Shown piece after piece: positions 11,985 through 25,464 of a DNA stretch of 64,000 nucleotides (position 1 is its first letter; each line of letters opens with the position of its first letter). Origin of the DNA: Mytilus californianus (taxonomy: Eukaryota). The position numbers and the translations under genes are program-made. The stretch covers positions 108,562,001 to 108,626,000 of the forward strand of contig NW_026262679.1 of NCBI RefSeq assembly GCF_021869535.1, read 5' to 3'. Under the pieces are notes generated by a model, which was not told where the DNA came from, did not search any database, and saw only the letters and a program-made list of their open reading frames with translations.

Positions 11985-14174
11985 TGTATTAACCATAATG
12001 TTCCGTGTATGTTTATCCTCTGATATGAATTTTCAATGTTAAGAGTGATTTATTCTTACTTCCATAACTTGGAGAAGTAAAGAAGTTGTGTTTGGTACAG
12101 TTTCGTGGGGAGAACACTTTCAATATGTCATGGCTTTACTGTATTTGCTGTTATGTATTGGTAATCATGAATAGCAATTTTAACTTTTTTATGTACCAAT
12201 ATGAAATTTTTGTATCATCCTGATTGTCCTAATAAGTTAAAGAATTGCAATTTTTCCCATAGAGTGTTGTGAATGTTCCACATTATTGTTGAGTTTTTAT
12301 TAATTATTAAATATCACATAATCAGGTTATTTGATCATACACAAACCCAAATTAACCTTCAACAAGCGCAACATTTATCATTCTGGAGTTCTATTCCACG
12401 ATTATTTGAAGTCCGCCAAAACTGCTGGTGGTAAATTAAAGTTCCTATAGCAAATAACTTTCTTATTTTGAAATATTTCTGTAATTTCAAAGCATTGAGT
12501 CAAGCAGTTCGTCTAATCACAAATAAAATGAAATAATTATATAAGTACCAATAAAATAAATTGTCATGTATGTAGATCATTTGACACTCGGGAGCTTCCC
12601 ATAAGTAAGTCAACGTTTTACTTGTATAAAAATGTTAATTAGAGGCGGACAAGTTATATACATAATATATGTTTTCATGATATTGTTTTTGTTTATTGTT
12701 TATCATTGAAGGTCTTTGATCTGGTACTATCTGTACCCTTCAATATAAAAAAATAGATAAGCATTGTTAATCAGTCCATGAGTTGATGTAGCCGGGTAAT
12801 CTATAATACTAAGAGAACGAATTTTCAGGATTTTAATGAAAACTTAGCTCTAACTGAACAATTATATACAGTTTAGATTGTGCATTTTGTGTTCGCATAA
12901 GCATACATACTCTTCAAGGCAAAAGCTTTCATCGAGTTTATTTGCAAATGCTTTTTGTAGGCACTTTTGCAAATTAAATTCTCCCATCTAGAAATTTCTA
13001 GTATTCACAAATATTCGCACTCGAATGAAACATAATTAATATAGATTGTGCTATCTTAATATTTTCATTGGTTTCATAAAGTCATTTACAATGTTTGTGT
13101 GAGTATGTTCGTTATAAAACAGATCCTCAAACAGTATATGCAAGACATATCCTGGACTAAGAATCCAATTAAGATCGCTAATTAAGCGTTGATTGAGAAT
13201 TGAGTAGATTAATTGGTCTATTACGCTACGACAGAGGCTAATGATGTCTATTTCGTATCCCAGTAGTATCGTTGCCGCATGAAACTAGCATGAAATGAGT
13301 ATAGGAACTATTCAAGCGACCATACGTTATTTGAACAATAAACTATCTTCAGTCTATTGAGGGAGACATCCTTATCACGTCTCTTTTCCAAATGATTCGG
13401 ATGAAGTAATGAAGCTTAGTGTATTTTATTAGGCATAATATGTTATAATCAAACAATTTATACGAATACTCTAAAGCATTTCTTTATTAAAATTAACCGG
13501 GATTTACTGAAATGGGGAATAAAAGTATTTTATTTTTCTACGTCGGATTATTTTACGCCTTGTATTATGGCAAAAGATATATGCTGTTATGGATCTCGGC
13601 CCACACCTCCACACCTATCTCATAGGACAAGCCTGGATGAGCTATCCCTTGGGTTGTCGTCGTCCGTCAGTTAACTGCAGATTTAAAATTCCGAATCACC
13701 TCTAAAACTACTCTTAGATTGGCAGGAACATTGCAAAAATAGGTACAATAAAATTTCCTCATTTTGTTCTAATCGGAAGAAAAACATGGCCACAAAATGC
13801 AATCATTATTGATTCTGTTTGGTCTATTTTGAAAGTTCTCCCCTGATAAACAGAACTAAATCTATTGAATCTTTAGTCGAATGATGTTTGGGAGACCTTT
13901 TACAAAGATGTCATAATTATTCCGATATGACGTATGATATGGCAATTACCTTTCGGCCGGCAGAAGTTCTCCACATACAACAACAAGGCATTGTATGTAG
14001 GTACTTTGACCCTTCAGAAAGAATCATCCTTTCGAGATGCCCATGATTGTGTGCAACTGACCCAATGGGAAGTAAAATTCTCATCTTTCCTAATATAAAT
14101 AATAGATGATATGTACCAAACTTGCCAAAAAATCTAATTTAAAATTTCTTATATTTCGGAATGTTTGGCCCTTA

Positions 14175-14375
14175 AAAGAGGGGCGAAAGATACCAGAGAG
14201 ACATTCAAACTCATAAATCGAAAATAATCTGACAAAGCCATGGCTAAAAAAAAAAAGACAAATTCGTGCTTTATTTGGCCTTTTATCTTTTGTGATTCGA
14301 GCGTCACTAGTCTAACGAGTCTTATGTAAACGAAACGCGCGTCTGAGTGCAAAATTATAAGCCTTGTATCTGTTT
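14175..14375. repeat. PLE 3' terminus (minus strand) fused to a hammerhead-type repeat (plus strand)
   Basis: agaggggcgaaagataccagagagacattcaaactcataaatcg matches 32630-32675. It is followed by gagcgtca...gagtcttatgtaaacgaaacgcgcgtctg. Confidence 0.7.
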
Positions 14376-15699
14376 GATTTTGTATCAATTTTTGAACAAA
14401 TATATTCTTCAAAGTTGTTAAATTGATAAAAACTTGGCCACCATGCAGAGGCAGTTCTTGATTTTGATATGTCAATTCTTTAACGTCTTCTTCTCTGAAA
14501 CTTTAAAAAATGTGTATGAATGACGATTGGGACGATTTATTCCCGATTGTCCCACTTTTTAAAATTTTAGAGTTTTGATTGCCTGATTTTATTACGTTAA
14601 ATGTTCTTAAATAGAAACTATAATTATAGTTTTTCTTTTACAGTATCAAATTTAAGTAGATTAATATATGAGCATATACTTTAGTAGTTGATATCAATTT
14701 TATAAATGTAAACACGAATTGTTGAATAAATCATCAATTAAAATGCACTTTTGATTAAACAATATAACATATTTGTTATAAAAAATATTTCATGATGTTT
14801 ATTTATAAATCAAATATCAATATATGTTTAAAATTTAAAGCGATTTAAATTTTAAACACATGCACGCACTTTTTTCTTCTTTTCGTTTTTATAAGCGCTC
14901 AGACTGGAAGGTTTGGATGTAGATATAAAAAGATGTGGTATGATTGCCAATGAGACAACTCTCCATCTAAGTCACAACTTGTAAGGAGACTATTAAAAAA
15001 ACATTTACAATAACAATATTACAAAAGCATTAGCTATTTTGTAACCTAATCATTAGAATTTACATCATCAATTTAAAAATAGAGGGCAAGATCTCAACCT
15101 ACAATATCTTTTTGGGAGAAGAGGTAAATGTGACTCAGTAATGACATTAGTGTCCTCTGAACATATACAATTTCATTAAAAAGATGAACTTATTTCGGTG
15201 TAATGTCCAGTGGCAAGTTATATGCATAAGCAGGACGAGATGATGTTGATGTTAGATGAATATGAAACCTTCTTTGAATAGAAGTATATCGACATATCAA
15301 GCCTGATCTTTAATGTGCTAGTAGTCAAGGTAACAGTCCGCAGGAAGACATGTCACCCTACACAGACAAATTTTCTGACTCATGGCCGACCAGTCTTTGC
15401 TCTTACTTCAAAATGCAGCATGCTTTGCGGAGAAGAAGCAAATTCCAACTTTCCATTCTTTGGTTTGACCCGGTCAGGGTTAATTCCTTTTTACTGTGTT
15501 TAAATGTTAGACCAGATGTCGATAAAATTGACATAGCTGCACATTATTTCGAATTTATGTTTATGATCTTCTAATTCAAGGATTTTCTTATAAATGTTCT
15601 TAAAAAAAAACTCTCCCTATTTTTGTTCGCTTGATTTGAGCGTTTACTGGAATATGTATTATCGCTATTTTACGAATTGTTCCTTTGAGCTTGCTGACT

Positions 15700-15940
15700 G
15701 ATAATTTCCGTTCTCAGCGGAGTCGAGTGATATGAAAACGGAGTCGAGTGATATGAAAATTATCGCTAGAAACTAAGGGAACACGTGCCGTTGTCAAGGA
15801 AATTAACAACGTCTTCATTGGTAAAATAGCGATAAACAGATTATCATTGGTCATCTTAACTCGATTGCTTTTCTCGCTTTCGCCGTGCCGGCTCAAGCGA
15901 GAAAATCAATCTCGTTGAGATAACCAAAGATAATCTATAA
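15700..15940. repeat. Dispersed repeat with a long hairpin; partial homologue at about 57620-57750
   Basis: 21-bp tandem duplication cggagtcgagtgatatgaaaa; stem gattgcttttctcgctt / aagcgagaaaatcaatc (15863-15911); ccggctcaagc...aaaa.atctcgttgaga...ataatctataa shared with about 57700-57750. Confidence 0.55.
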
Positions 15941-16189
15941 TTATTTTTTATTGTTTTATGAATAAATTTGTTATCAGCCTAAAATCTATCAATTTGAGAA
16001 CAAATCCCTGAAATTTTGTAACATGTAAAATTATTCGTTTATCTTTGTATTTCTCTTAAAAAATCTTTTTTTTTTATTTTATCCTTGATACTTTTTTTAA
16101 TTACAATTTTTTTTCAATTATATATATGATTAATTTACAATTTATGTTATTGGAATCTATTTAATCTTTTATGTAGTCAAAATATATTT

Positions 16190-16705
16190 TTAATACGCCC
16201 GTCTTTTAAGACGGGACGCATTATGCTATATCGTTGTCCGTCCGTCCGTCGTCAACACTTCTGACTATAACTCAAAAATTCTTTAAGCAATGTTCATGAA
16301 ACTTGGTGAATTGTTTATTCATATTGACATAAGATCCCTTTCGATTTCTAAAAAATTCTGATTTTAGGTTTTGGAGTTTTGGGACTTAATTCATAAAAAA
16401 GGGGGAAACGCTTTGAGCAGTTTTCATGAAACTTTGGTGACTTGTTTATGTCTATTGAAAATAAGCTCCCTTTTATTATTATTTTTTTATAAATTTCTGA
16501 AATGATATGGCGGATTTATTACTACTATTTTATTTTATTTTATTTTTTGTTGTTGTTTTTTGTTGTTTTTTTTTTTTTTTTTGGGGGGGGGGGGGTCTAT
16601 TTGAGCATTGCTCACAGTATTTTTAGTTAATCATACAGATTCATTTAAAGCATAAATACGAGCTTAAATGGCGACGGGCGTATCATACGCTCATAGCGCA
16701 GCTCT
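16190..16705 (+). mobile_element. HINE-like non-autonomous element
   Basis: Subterminal inverted repeat atacgcccgtc (about 16193-16203) / gacgggcgtat (about 16674-16684); (gtcc)n microsatellite at about 16236-16250; internal repeated catgaaactt(t)ggtga; 3' hairpin gcgc-type end. Confidence 0.75.
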
Positions 16706-17949
16706 TTATTGTATTAAATTGATCTTTATTTTGACACCAGTTTAACAAAATATCACAAAACAAAATAAAAATCGCTATCAAAACAATTCCCTTTTGTCCC
16801 ATATTTAAATTTCCCTATTGTCCCCAAAACATCTTCTAGATTGTCCTACAAAATTTCATTACTTTCTTACCTGTAATTTTAAAATGTGGGACAATCGGGA
16901 AGACATCATTGGGACACCCTAAACTTGTAATGTCAATAAATACTACAACTCCATTGACTTGAACAGTATCCAAATTTCTATCATAATACATATAGGTTTC
17001 CAATGCAACATTGCTGTAACTTTATTTCATAGACATAAGACTTTAACAGTTTCTCAAAATATAATGAAGTCTGATTAAAAAGAGAAACCAAGATTTCGTT
17101 AAATGGAATTGGATATCCTGCATTTATCATGATTTTCAATAACATATGATCAAATAGCTGAAAGACCCCCTCCTAAATTATTGAAAGCTATCATTCTGCA
17201 TTGACAATAATATCTTTGTGTAATTCGGGCTAACGCCTTCATGCGGTATCTAATACTTGCTAAACGTAAATAGTCTATAGGTTAGTAAACATTTGTATGA
17301 CAATAATGTGATAAGGTCACCACTGGACAATGTCGATGGCCTTCAGGCTTTTTCCGTCGTCCAAAATAAACTAACCTTGAACTGCTATATAACAAGTTAA
17401 AGTGTTTATCCAAGGAATATTACCAAACTTACTTCTCAACGGCTGGTATCAATGTAAGTACATTTAGTATATTTTTGCATACAAATGCATGGGTACTAAC
17501 TCAAATGTAATTTTACTATTGAGTTGGTGGTATTAATGATAATATAGCCCTTTTGTGATTAAGTGTCGCATGCGAAGTAGAGTCAATCAGTGATGAATAA
17601 CCCCTTCCTTCCGCGAAGTCATCACATTCAACTCAAAATCGATTTGTAATATTCAAATGTGGCATTAAAATGGTATTACAAATCATTTAAACCAGATATC
17701 TAAAGTATTTGTTATTCACTGTACGTTTTTTGCAGAGAGTATTTTCTACATTTTCAATGTTCAGCGCCACATATCTTATTCAATTGTTAGGATAGACAAA
17801 TCTACTACAAATCTAAATGAAAGGTTCTGTAAAGTGGTTCGAACGGATCAACGGCGGCAAAATGTTTACTGCCACTGAAAAGGAGCAAACATTTTGCCTT
17901 GCAACAAATCATCTCTAGAAGTTGTTGCAAGAGCTCTTTATCTTCGATA

Positions 17950-18018
17950 AAATTGAGAATGGAAATGGGGAATGTGTCAAAGAGACAACAACCCGACCAA
18001 AAAGCAGAAAACAGCCCA
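17950..18018. repeat. Short fragment of the aattgagaatggaaatggggaatgtgtcaaagagacaacaacccgacc repeat family
   Basis: Identical motif at about 24686 and about 61346. Confidence 0.9.
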
Positions 18019-19499
18019 ATGTCCATTTTGACTAGACGTGGCTGCGTATCAATACATCCCTCGCAGCCAAATTGCCGGGTTAGTTTACTGCTGGATATAT
18101 GATTAACTGGTCATCATGTCTTTATTACAGCCAACTCTTGGGGTTCCGTCATCTGTGACAATAAATCAGTTATTTTTTTGATGGTGGTTTATATGTCATA
18201 TTTGTCGATTAAAACAATACCTTTCAGAAGATAAGCATCTGATCATTAGTTGTAATTTTGGAATTTTATTGTTTTAAAAAAAAAAATTTTTGTGTATCAT
18301 CGCATTTCTCCATAGACTATCACGTGATATTTGTGTAAACATGTTTTATAGAAAGAATTATTTATACAGGGAATACTAAATTAAGTTTTAATGTGTATAT
18401 GCATTCGTCTATACAAGTGTCATCAAATTTTATTTAACAATGTATTTCATTTTTTTTTCAAACAGTTATGGATCTTAAAAAAAGCTTAACTCGCCAACAA
18501 TTTCAGATAGATATTCTCTGAAAATTGGTTTATAGCAAAAGCTTTATGCCCATACTTTTCAAAATTTATTTATCAATATGCACCAAAGATTAATATCAGT
18601 GAGACAAGCTTCTAATGCAGTTATCTCGATAATTGATGAAACCAAGGTCATAAATATGCAGGTGCATATATATTTCAAATAACATAATTTTACAGTTTTT
18701 TTTAAATGTAAGATTGTGGTTTCTAAATAACCTTTAATTAGTATGCTTGTATATACCGATATAAATAAAAGCTTAAACGTAAGAAGAATTACTATTTGTT
18801 GTTCCCACTTTCACATTGCAACTTTACATGTTGGAAGTTTATTCAGCAAAATATTCCAAAAACAATTCCAAACATCGACCAGAATTGTTTATAAAATTAT
18901 TCGATGTTTGGAATCATTTTTGGAAGATTTTTTTAAATAAACAATCAACATGTAAAGTTGCAAATGTGAAAATGGGAACAATAAAAAAGTGATTCCACAC
19001 ATTGTTGTAGAACAAAAAAAAACATGCGCAATTGAAGATTTTGAATGTATTGAATTTGGAATACTAAACAAAACACACAGGACATTTCATAAATTCCTCT
19101 CTAACCAATTTCTGGTGTACATGTTGTGTAGAAATGACAACATTTATCCATTTGTTTTTACAGAATATAATTTGATCGTAAAAACATGTCATGTTTAGTA
19201 AACAAATCTAAAGGCCATACAAGGCTAAATGCGATCGTGCTACAAATGTAACAATATTTACAATATAAGTACTATATTTGTGTCGTATCGAAACTTTATG
19301 GGATATTCATCTTTTGAGGAAACTTCGCAGACACCGGTTGTTATAAATAGAACATGAACATGATTGTTATTCATAAATTTGGTAAGTAAAATGAATTTTA
19401 GTGATCAGAAAGAGAAAATAGATTTACTACGTTTTTAAAGGACCTGTATGTATGAATATGTACACAATTTCAAGTTAGTTTTGAGGATCTGCCTGAAAA

Positions 19500-20250
19500 C
19501 AAGAATCATTTTTACATCGCGATGACCGTGAGGGCATTCCGATGTATTGTTGCCGACGAGATTTCTACTTACGTAACTTTCGTGTTTGACTGGTAACCGA
19601 TCTATAAATACGCGGACATTATCGAGTGCAAAATAACATTCCTTATCGCTTGTTATAAATTCATTTCTTAAATGAATACTCATAAAATATTTTTGTTTAG
19701 AACATAAATTAATAATATGAAAATGTTTTGTCGTTAGAAATATATATATAAGTAAAAAATCATTGATATTACTCTATGCACACGTACAGAAAAATTGTGT
19801 TAACGCATGCGGAAGAATATCTCAAGAACGTTTTGCGGGAAAATATAAATGCCTGCTCAAATCCAATCTATTAGAAAAAAACATATTATTACAGAAGAGT
19901 GTCCACAATGCACTTGCACTGCACTATTATTAGAATAGTAAAATAGAATGATATACAAATGAATGAAAATTATATTTTATACATGTAACTGTTATATGCA
20001 AACATTAATATAATATATAACAACAAACCAGAGTATACTGATTTGTATCACTACAATATAATAGTTATTACGGTGACGTTGAATTTCCTGTCATTTATTC
20101 ATTATCCACGCACGAACTTGTCTCAGAAAAAAATTATATCTCTGTACATTAACCTCACTTTCAGGTATACAGATGTGATTTTTTTTCTGAGACAAGTGCT
20201 TGTGACCATCCACAAGAACTTGCGGTCATCCGATGTTCAGTACTTTGATT
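19500..20250. repeat. Degenerate dispersed element with an inverted homologue at 53411-53900; contains a hairpin at 20116-20197
   Basis: taacgcatgcggaagaatatctc.agaacgttttgc...atccaatctattagaaaaaa...acagaagagtgtcc and ttttctgagacaagt...tgcggtcatccgatgttcagtact match the reverse complement of 53411-53900. Confidence 0.8.
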
Positions 20251-20616
20251 AAAATTGACATGTTCGGTTCCGTTTTGACAATAATGCCTTATATAACTAG
20301 TGTATGATTGGTAACTTATTTAATGGTGGTTTAAGTTTAAACCTAGTCGTGTATCACTACTTGTTATATGTATTACCTTGTACATGTAACACATTGTCTT
20401 TTTGATATGGAAGAAAAATTCGTAAGTTAGAGATACATTACCATGAAATCGATTATTCAGTTGTTGTTTGCTTGGCGTCCTGTGGCAAACAGTTCATGCA
20501 TATTCAGGACGAAAACAAGTTATCATAAAAACATGACTGTTGTAGGGTCTGAAGTATACGTGAACTTGAGGACAGGGCGGAGGATTTTACTGTGACTGGA
20601 AAACAATGCTTGTATG

Positions 20617-20622
<6 letters not shown>

Positions 20623-20663
<41 letters not shown>
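20623..20663. repeat. (TA)n microsatellite
   Basis: Perfect TA run read directly. Confidence 0.95.
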
Positions 20664-20665
<2 letters not shown>

Positions 20666-21223
20666 TGTAAGAGACTTAGCCACACAACATGTCAATGTCC
20701 TCTAGGAAGTTGCTATGGTTCTCAACTTGTAAACACCACTACAGCACTTTTCAATACTGACACGTGTCTTGGATTATGAAATTGATCATTTAGGTTATTT
20801 CTACCTCAATGGATGGACAGCAATTCTTTCTAGATATATTGTCCGTCCGCATGCAGTCAGTGGTTTATTTAGTCATTTAGTCATGTTGAGTAGGGTCTGC
20901 TTATCCTTCTGGAGCAACTGGGATCAGTCTTTCGGTTTTGTAGGCTGGTGTTTGTTGTTTTCTTGTTTTTCGTGTTCTGCCATGGATTTGTCGGTTTCTG
21001 GTTGTCCCTTTGTTATATTCTGCCTCTTTATTATTAGTATATAGTAGAAGCTAATGTAGTATCATTACTACTACTGTGTGACTGTCCAACTTATTTGACC
21101 AACTCAGAAGCCAGTCTTCAGTACAAGATTAAGAATTTACAGGAACAAGTTCAACCTTCTTCATTTTGTGTATTCGTATGAAAATTTATATTTGCAGACA
21201 CATTTTGAACCAGTTTGTTAACG

Positions 21224-23010
21224 ATGTTTTCAAATAAGAGAAATGCAATTCCAGGAACCATCACACGTTCTAGTGGAAACAGTTTCTTTGATGACGAAGA
21301 TGATGATGGTGTCGTAATATCAGAACTTCAAAATTCCTCTCGACCATTCAACTTGTATTCAGCTCTTGAAAGCTTCGGGGATACAATTACTGAAGAAAAT
21401 GAAGGTATATAGCTAATTGTGATATTGCTGGTAGATTGTTGATTTTGGATTTACTTACTTATGTTGGGACTGGGTTAACTATCTGGATCTTTTCTTGAGT
21501 AACTGATTTTTGTCATTTTATTTTTTTTAACATTTGTCAGACTATGAAAATAAAATAAATTACGAACATAAGCATACAATTTACTTGAACTGCAGAAGAA
21601 CGATTGTATCGTCAAAAGCATCTCTGGAGTTGCAATCTATTATATAACGACACTCAAAGAAATTGAATAGAAAAAAGTGTCCATACGGGATCAACTATTT
21701 TATTCTTAGTTTTACAACATTACGGTTCGAATGCAAAAACATTTATGTATTGATACATTTTAGATACTTAGTACTTACTCTTAAAAAAGTCTAATACGTA
21801 CGTCCACTTACAAGTATATCTTATTTCAGATTCTTTTGATGATCCGTGCAGTCCGCAAATACACACTCCAATCAACAACGACAAAGACAAAAGTACTTTA
21901 GAAAATTCAATTACAAAGAAAATTGAAAACCTCAGATTAACTGCTAAATCTGATAATGCTAATGTGAAATCAGTCAAACGATTTTCTTACAAAGAAAATT
22001 CAGAAATAAGAAAAGGCCGAAAGAATAATCATACGAGGATGCATAACTCAGATAAAAGTATAATACATCAAGATTTGTCCTGTGTTAAACGAAGGTCTAG
22101 TTTAAAGGATGTAACACAAATGTTTCCTTGTGGATGCGATGAACATTCGACAAACACGGAAACAAAGAGTAATATGGATTTTAAAGAATTTAACAGATGC
22201 GTGCAATTTGATAATTCGGTGCTAAAAGACTCGCAATATATGAAAAGAAGGTCTAGTTTCAGCGAGATATCACAAATGATTGCCTCTAATAAGAATGACA
22301 ATATAAAAGACATTAGAGTGAAAAGCAGTCATGTAGATAAATCCTGGATTGATCGTGACGGTCGATTTTCTGAATTGAATAAACAATCGATGGGTAAAGA
22401 TGTAAAACAAACGAAAAGACGGTCAAGTTTAGATGATTTAAATAAAGTTTCATCTACATTTCCATCCGAAAAATACACAAGTGATAACAAAAAATTAGAA
22501 ATAAAAGACAATGTGATTTTCCAATTTTATCAATCGGATGGTATCGATTCAAACGATATAATATCGATACCACAAAAATCAGCGACTAAAGCAGCATTAC
22601 GAAGTACAAAAAGTGCTATAAACATGCGCGAGTTCTTGATTAGCTCAAAAATACATATTGTTTCATCAGAAAAAAGGATGCTAAATTGTTCGGAAGGCCA
22701 AACAATAATAGACAAAGTTGCAATGACCGCTGCCGCACACGATTCAGGAGGGGCGATAAAAGATGACAACGCTTTGCAAAGAAAAAAGAATGAGAATAAA
22801 GTCGACAAATCAGTTCATTTAATTTCAGACAGTTCTGTTATTAAGAATGCCGAATTTAAAACTGGAACGGGTAATAGTGATATTCAAAACAATGATCTGA
22901 ATTCATTTGAAAATAATTCCGTCCAAACTAAACCATGGGAGTGGTTAGCTAAAAGCAAAATTCGACAAAGTAAAAGAGAACATCATATGATTTCTCCTGC
23001 CTGTTTTTGA
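21224..23010 (+). CDS. Uncharacterised protein, paralogue B (predicted 453 aa), low-complexity, with three internal KRRSS repeats
   Basis: Coding exons 21224-21404 and 21830-23010. Acceptor tatttgcag ends at 21197; an in-frame TGA at 21206 precedes the ATG; donor GAAG|gtata at 21405; acceptor cttatttcag at 21829. The phase-1 intron keeps the frame (...ITEENE-D-SFDDPCSP...) and runs into the 21964 ORF. Confidence 0.8.
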
Positions 23011-24684
23011 ATTTTTCAATGTTGAATTAAATTAAAATGACTCTGTTACAACTTATTCTTATATTTTATGTAACATGATTAATAGACTAAAGTCTCTTTA
23101 TAATCCGGATATATATAGGTCTATAGATATGTAAACTATACAGAAATCCAACGACAAATATACCAAAGAAATTTATATAGTACATGTATCCTTTTATATT
23201 CTTTATTCAAAACAAATCTAAGACTGCTACAGTGGAGACAGCAAATCTTTAGGACTATTTTCTTTTATCCTTACTTTTACATATTAAATTCGATAACATT
23301 CTGTACTGTTAGATCTATTCAATGATAATAATAATACTAAGTTCAAGGTTTAACGTGTTATAGATAGAATAATACTTTCAGTTCGATAAGACTACGACAA
23401 GGACTTTTATTGTCGAATTGGGACCCTGTTGTTGTATATGTATTAGATGTAATCTTTTATTTCTGATGCATTATCCCCTCAGATAGCCCCTCAGATATGA
23501 GACGATTACATCTGATTTACATTTCTCTGTCATCAAATTGATACCGTATCACTGTATTTGTATGGCAATAAGAATCGTTGGATTAACTTGTCTTTTTCTG
23601 GTTTAATTGCCAAAATCTGAATTTTTTGCTGATAAATGATAACACTTCTATGTATATCATAATAAAACCGATCTCTGTATCTACTAATAAAATAACAAGG
23701 TTCAATTTGTTAGCCGGCATGACGTAAAAACGACGAATCAAAGAATTCAACTTTATATATAATTAATATAGGAAAATGTTATTGTTTAAAAAATTCACCA
23801 TTCCAGGCCCTTTTGTTTCCCACATAATTAATATTAGCAATAATTAACAAGTTTCGGGTCGAATCTAATACAGATACCAATAGTATATGTCACATGTAGT
23901 TTCAAATTGTAGTAACTGTTACCTTCTGTAAATCCCTCCTTTATCAGGAGAACCTGGAATTTTTCCAAAAGTTTTTTTTTTATATCTATGTTACACTATA
24001 GTACACTATTTAACAAGTCTGTTTTGTTCCACCTCAATGCCACTATTAATTTTGGCCAATTAGTTAAGGAATTAAATTTAGTTTATAGTAAGTTTATTGT
24101 AGTAAGAAAAACAAGACGGGTTCAAACAGAAAGATTTTGAAAACAGAGAAAACTCTGCGCATTACAATCAGCATCACTTCAGATGACAATACGAATACTA
24201 AAAATCCAGGCTAAAAATAAGGCATAGGTACTTTAATTCAGTCGTGGACCCGTCGCGGGTGTCACGTTCTAGTAACCATAATTATTATATCTATACTATT
24301 AAACGAGAAGACCTCATTTTGTGTGTCGCTTCTCTTCCTTCCACAATAAATTAATCATCATGCCTCTGTGTCCTATAGGTACCATACATAGTCGCATTTG
24401 TCATCCTCGCTTATGATTATTCAGTTTGGGTTATCAAATTATTTTGGGAGGAAAACGAAAATAAAGGCGTCCGGATATTGTTTCCGTCATCGGACGGACT
24501 TTTAAGTCATAGAAAAGACTTCCGTTTAGGACTGTTTTAAAATTACACATAATTTTCATAAGTACTTGGGGACAGGACAATTATTTTCGCGTTTTTCTGT
24601 ATACTGTAAATAAAGTGTATTTGATATTTACTATCAATTCCAAGTTTACTTTCCACTGCGGTCACTGATATATTATATAGAGAT

Positions 24685-24985
24685 AAAACTGAGAATGGAA
24701 ATGGGGAATGTGTCAAAGAGACAACAACCCGACCATAGAGCAGACAACAGCCGAAGGCCACCAATGGGTCTTCAATGCAGCGAGAAACTCCTGCACCCGG
24801 AGGCGTCTTTCATCTGGCCCCTAAACAAATATGTATACTAGTTCAGTGATAATGGACTGTCATACTAAACTCCAAATTATACACAAGAAACTAAAATTTA
24901 AAATGATACAAGACTAACAAAGGCCAGAGGCTACTGACTTGGGACAGGTGCAAATATGCGGCGGGGTTAAACATGTTTTTGAGAT
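24685..24985. repeat. Dispersed repeat (aattgagaatgg... family)
   Basis: Near-identical to 61346-61665. Confidence 0.9.
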
Positions 24986-25464
24986 TTCAACCCTCCCCCT
25001 ATACCTAGAGTCTCTATATATAATATATCGGTGACCGCCGTGGATAGTCTCTTAGTCTATATAATATATCAGTTACCGCCGTGGATAGTAAATAGCAAAT
25101 ACACTTTATTTAAAATATATGTATGGATACAGAAAAAACAGAAAACAAAAAATAACGGATTTTGGAAAAAAGGGGGAGGGCAAAAAAAAAATTGTCCTGT
25201 CCCCAAGTACCGATGACTTTTGATACCTTTCCTGAAATTCTCCAGTCATAAATCTTTTACAAAAATTCATCCTACGACAGTTTACATACTTTCAATTACG
25301 CTCTAATGCCCGTGGTGTTTTCTAGTTATATTTTTTAATGCTGAATTAATCATCGTCCAATCTATGTACATATAACATAAATCTAATATCTTTGAAGAGA
25401 AATGCAAAGTGGTAAGTAATTTATTCACAATGATGTTAAAGTGTAAGCCAGTCAATATATTATC

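Noticed and set aside
18020-18110. Minus-strand PGNLAARDVLI resembling the tyrosine kinase catalytic loop
   Set aside because: Flanked by stops, lacks HRD and DFG, and no other kinase subdomains are nearby; probably chance.
21976-22025. FSYKENSEIRKGRK in gene B resembling the shugoshin SGO motif
   Set aside because: Weak match, no N-terminal coiled coil, wrong position, and absent from paralogue A.
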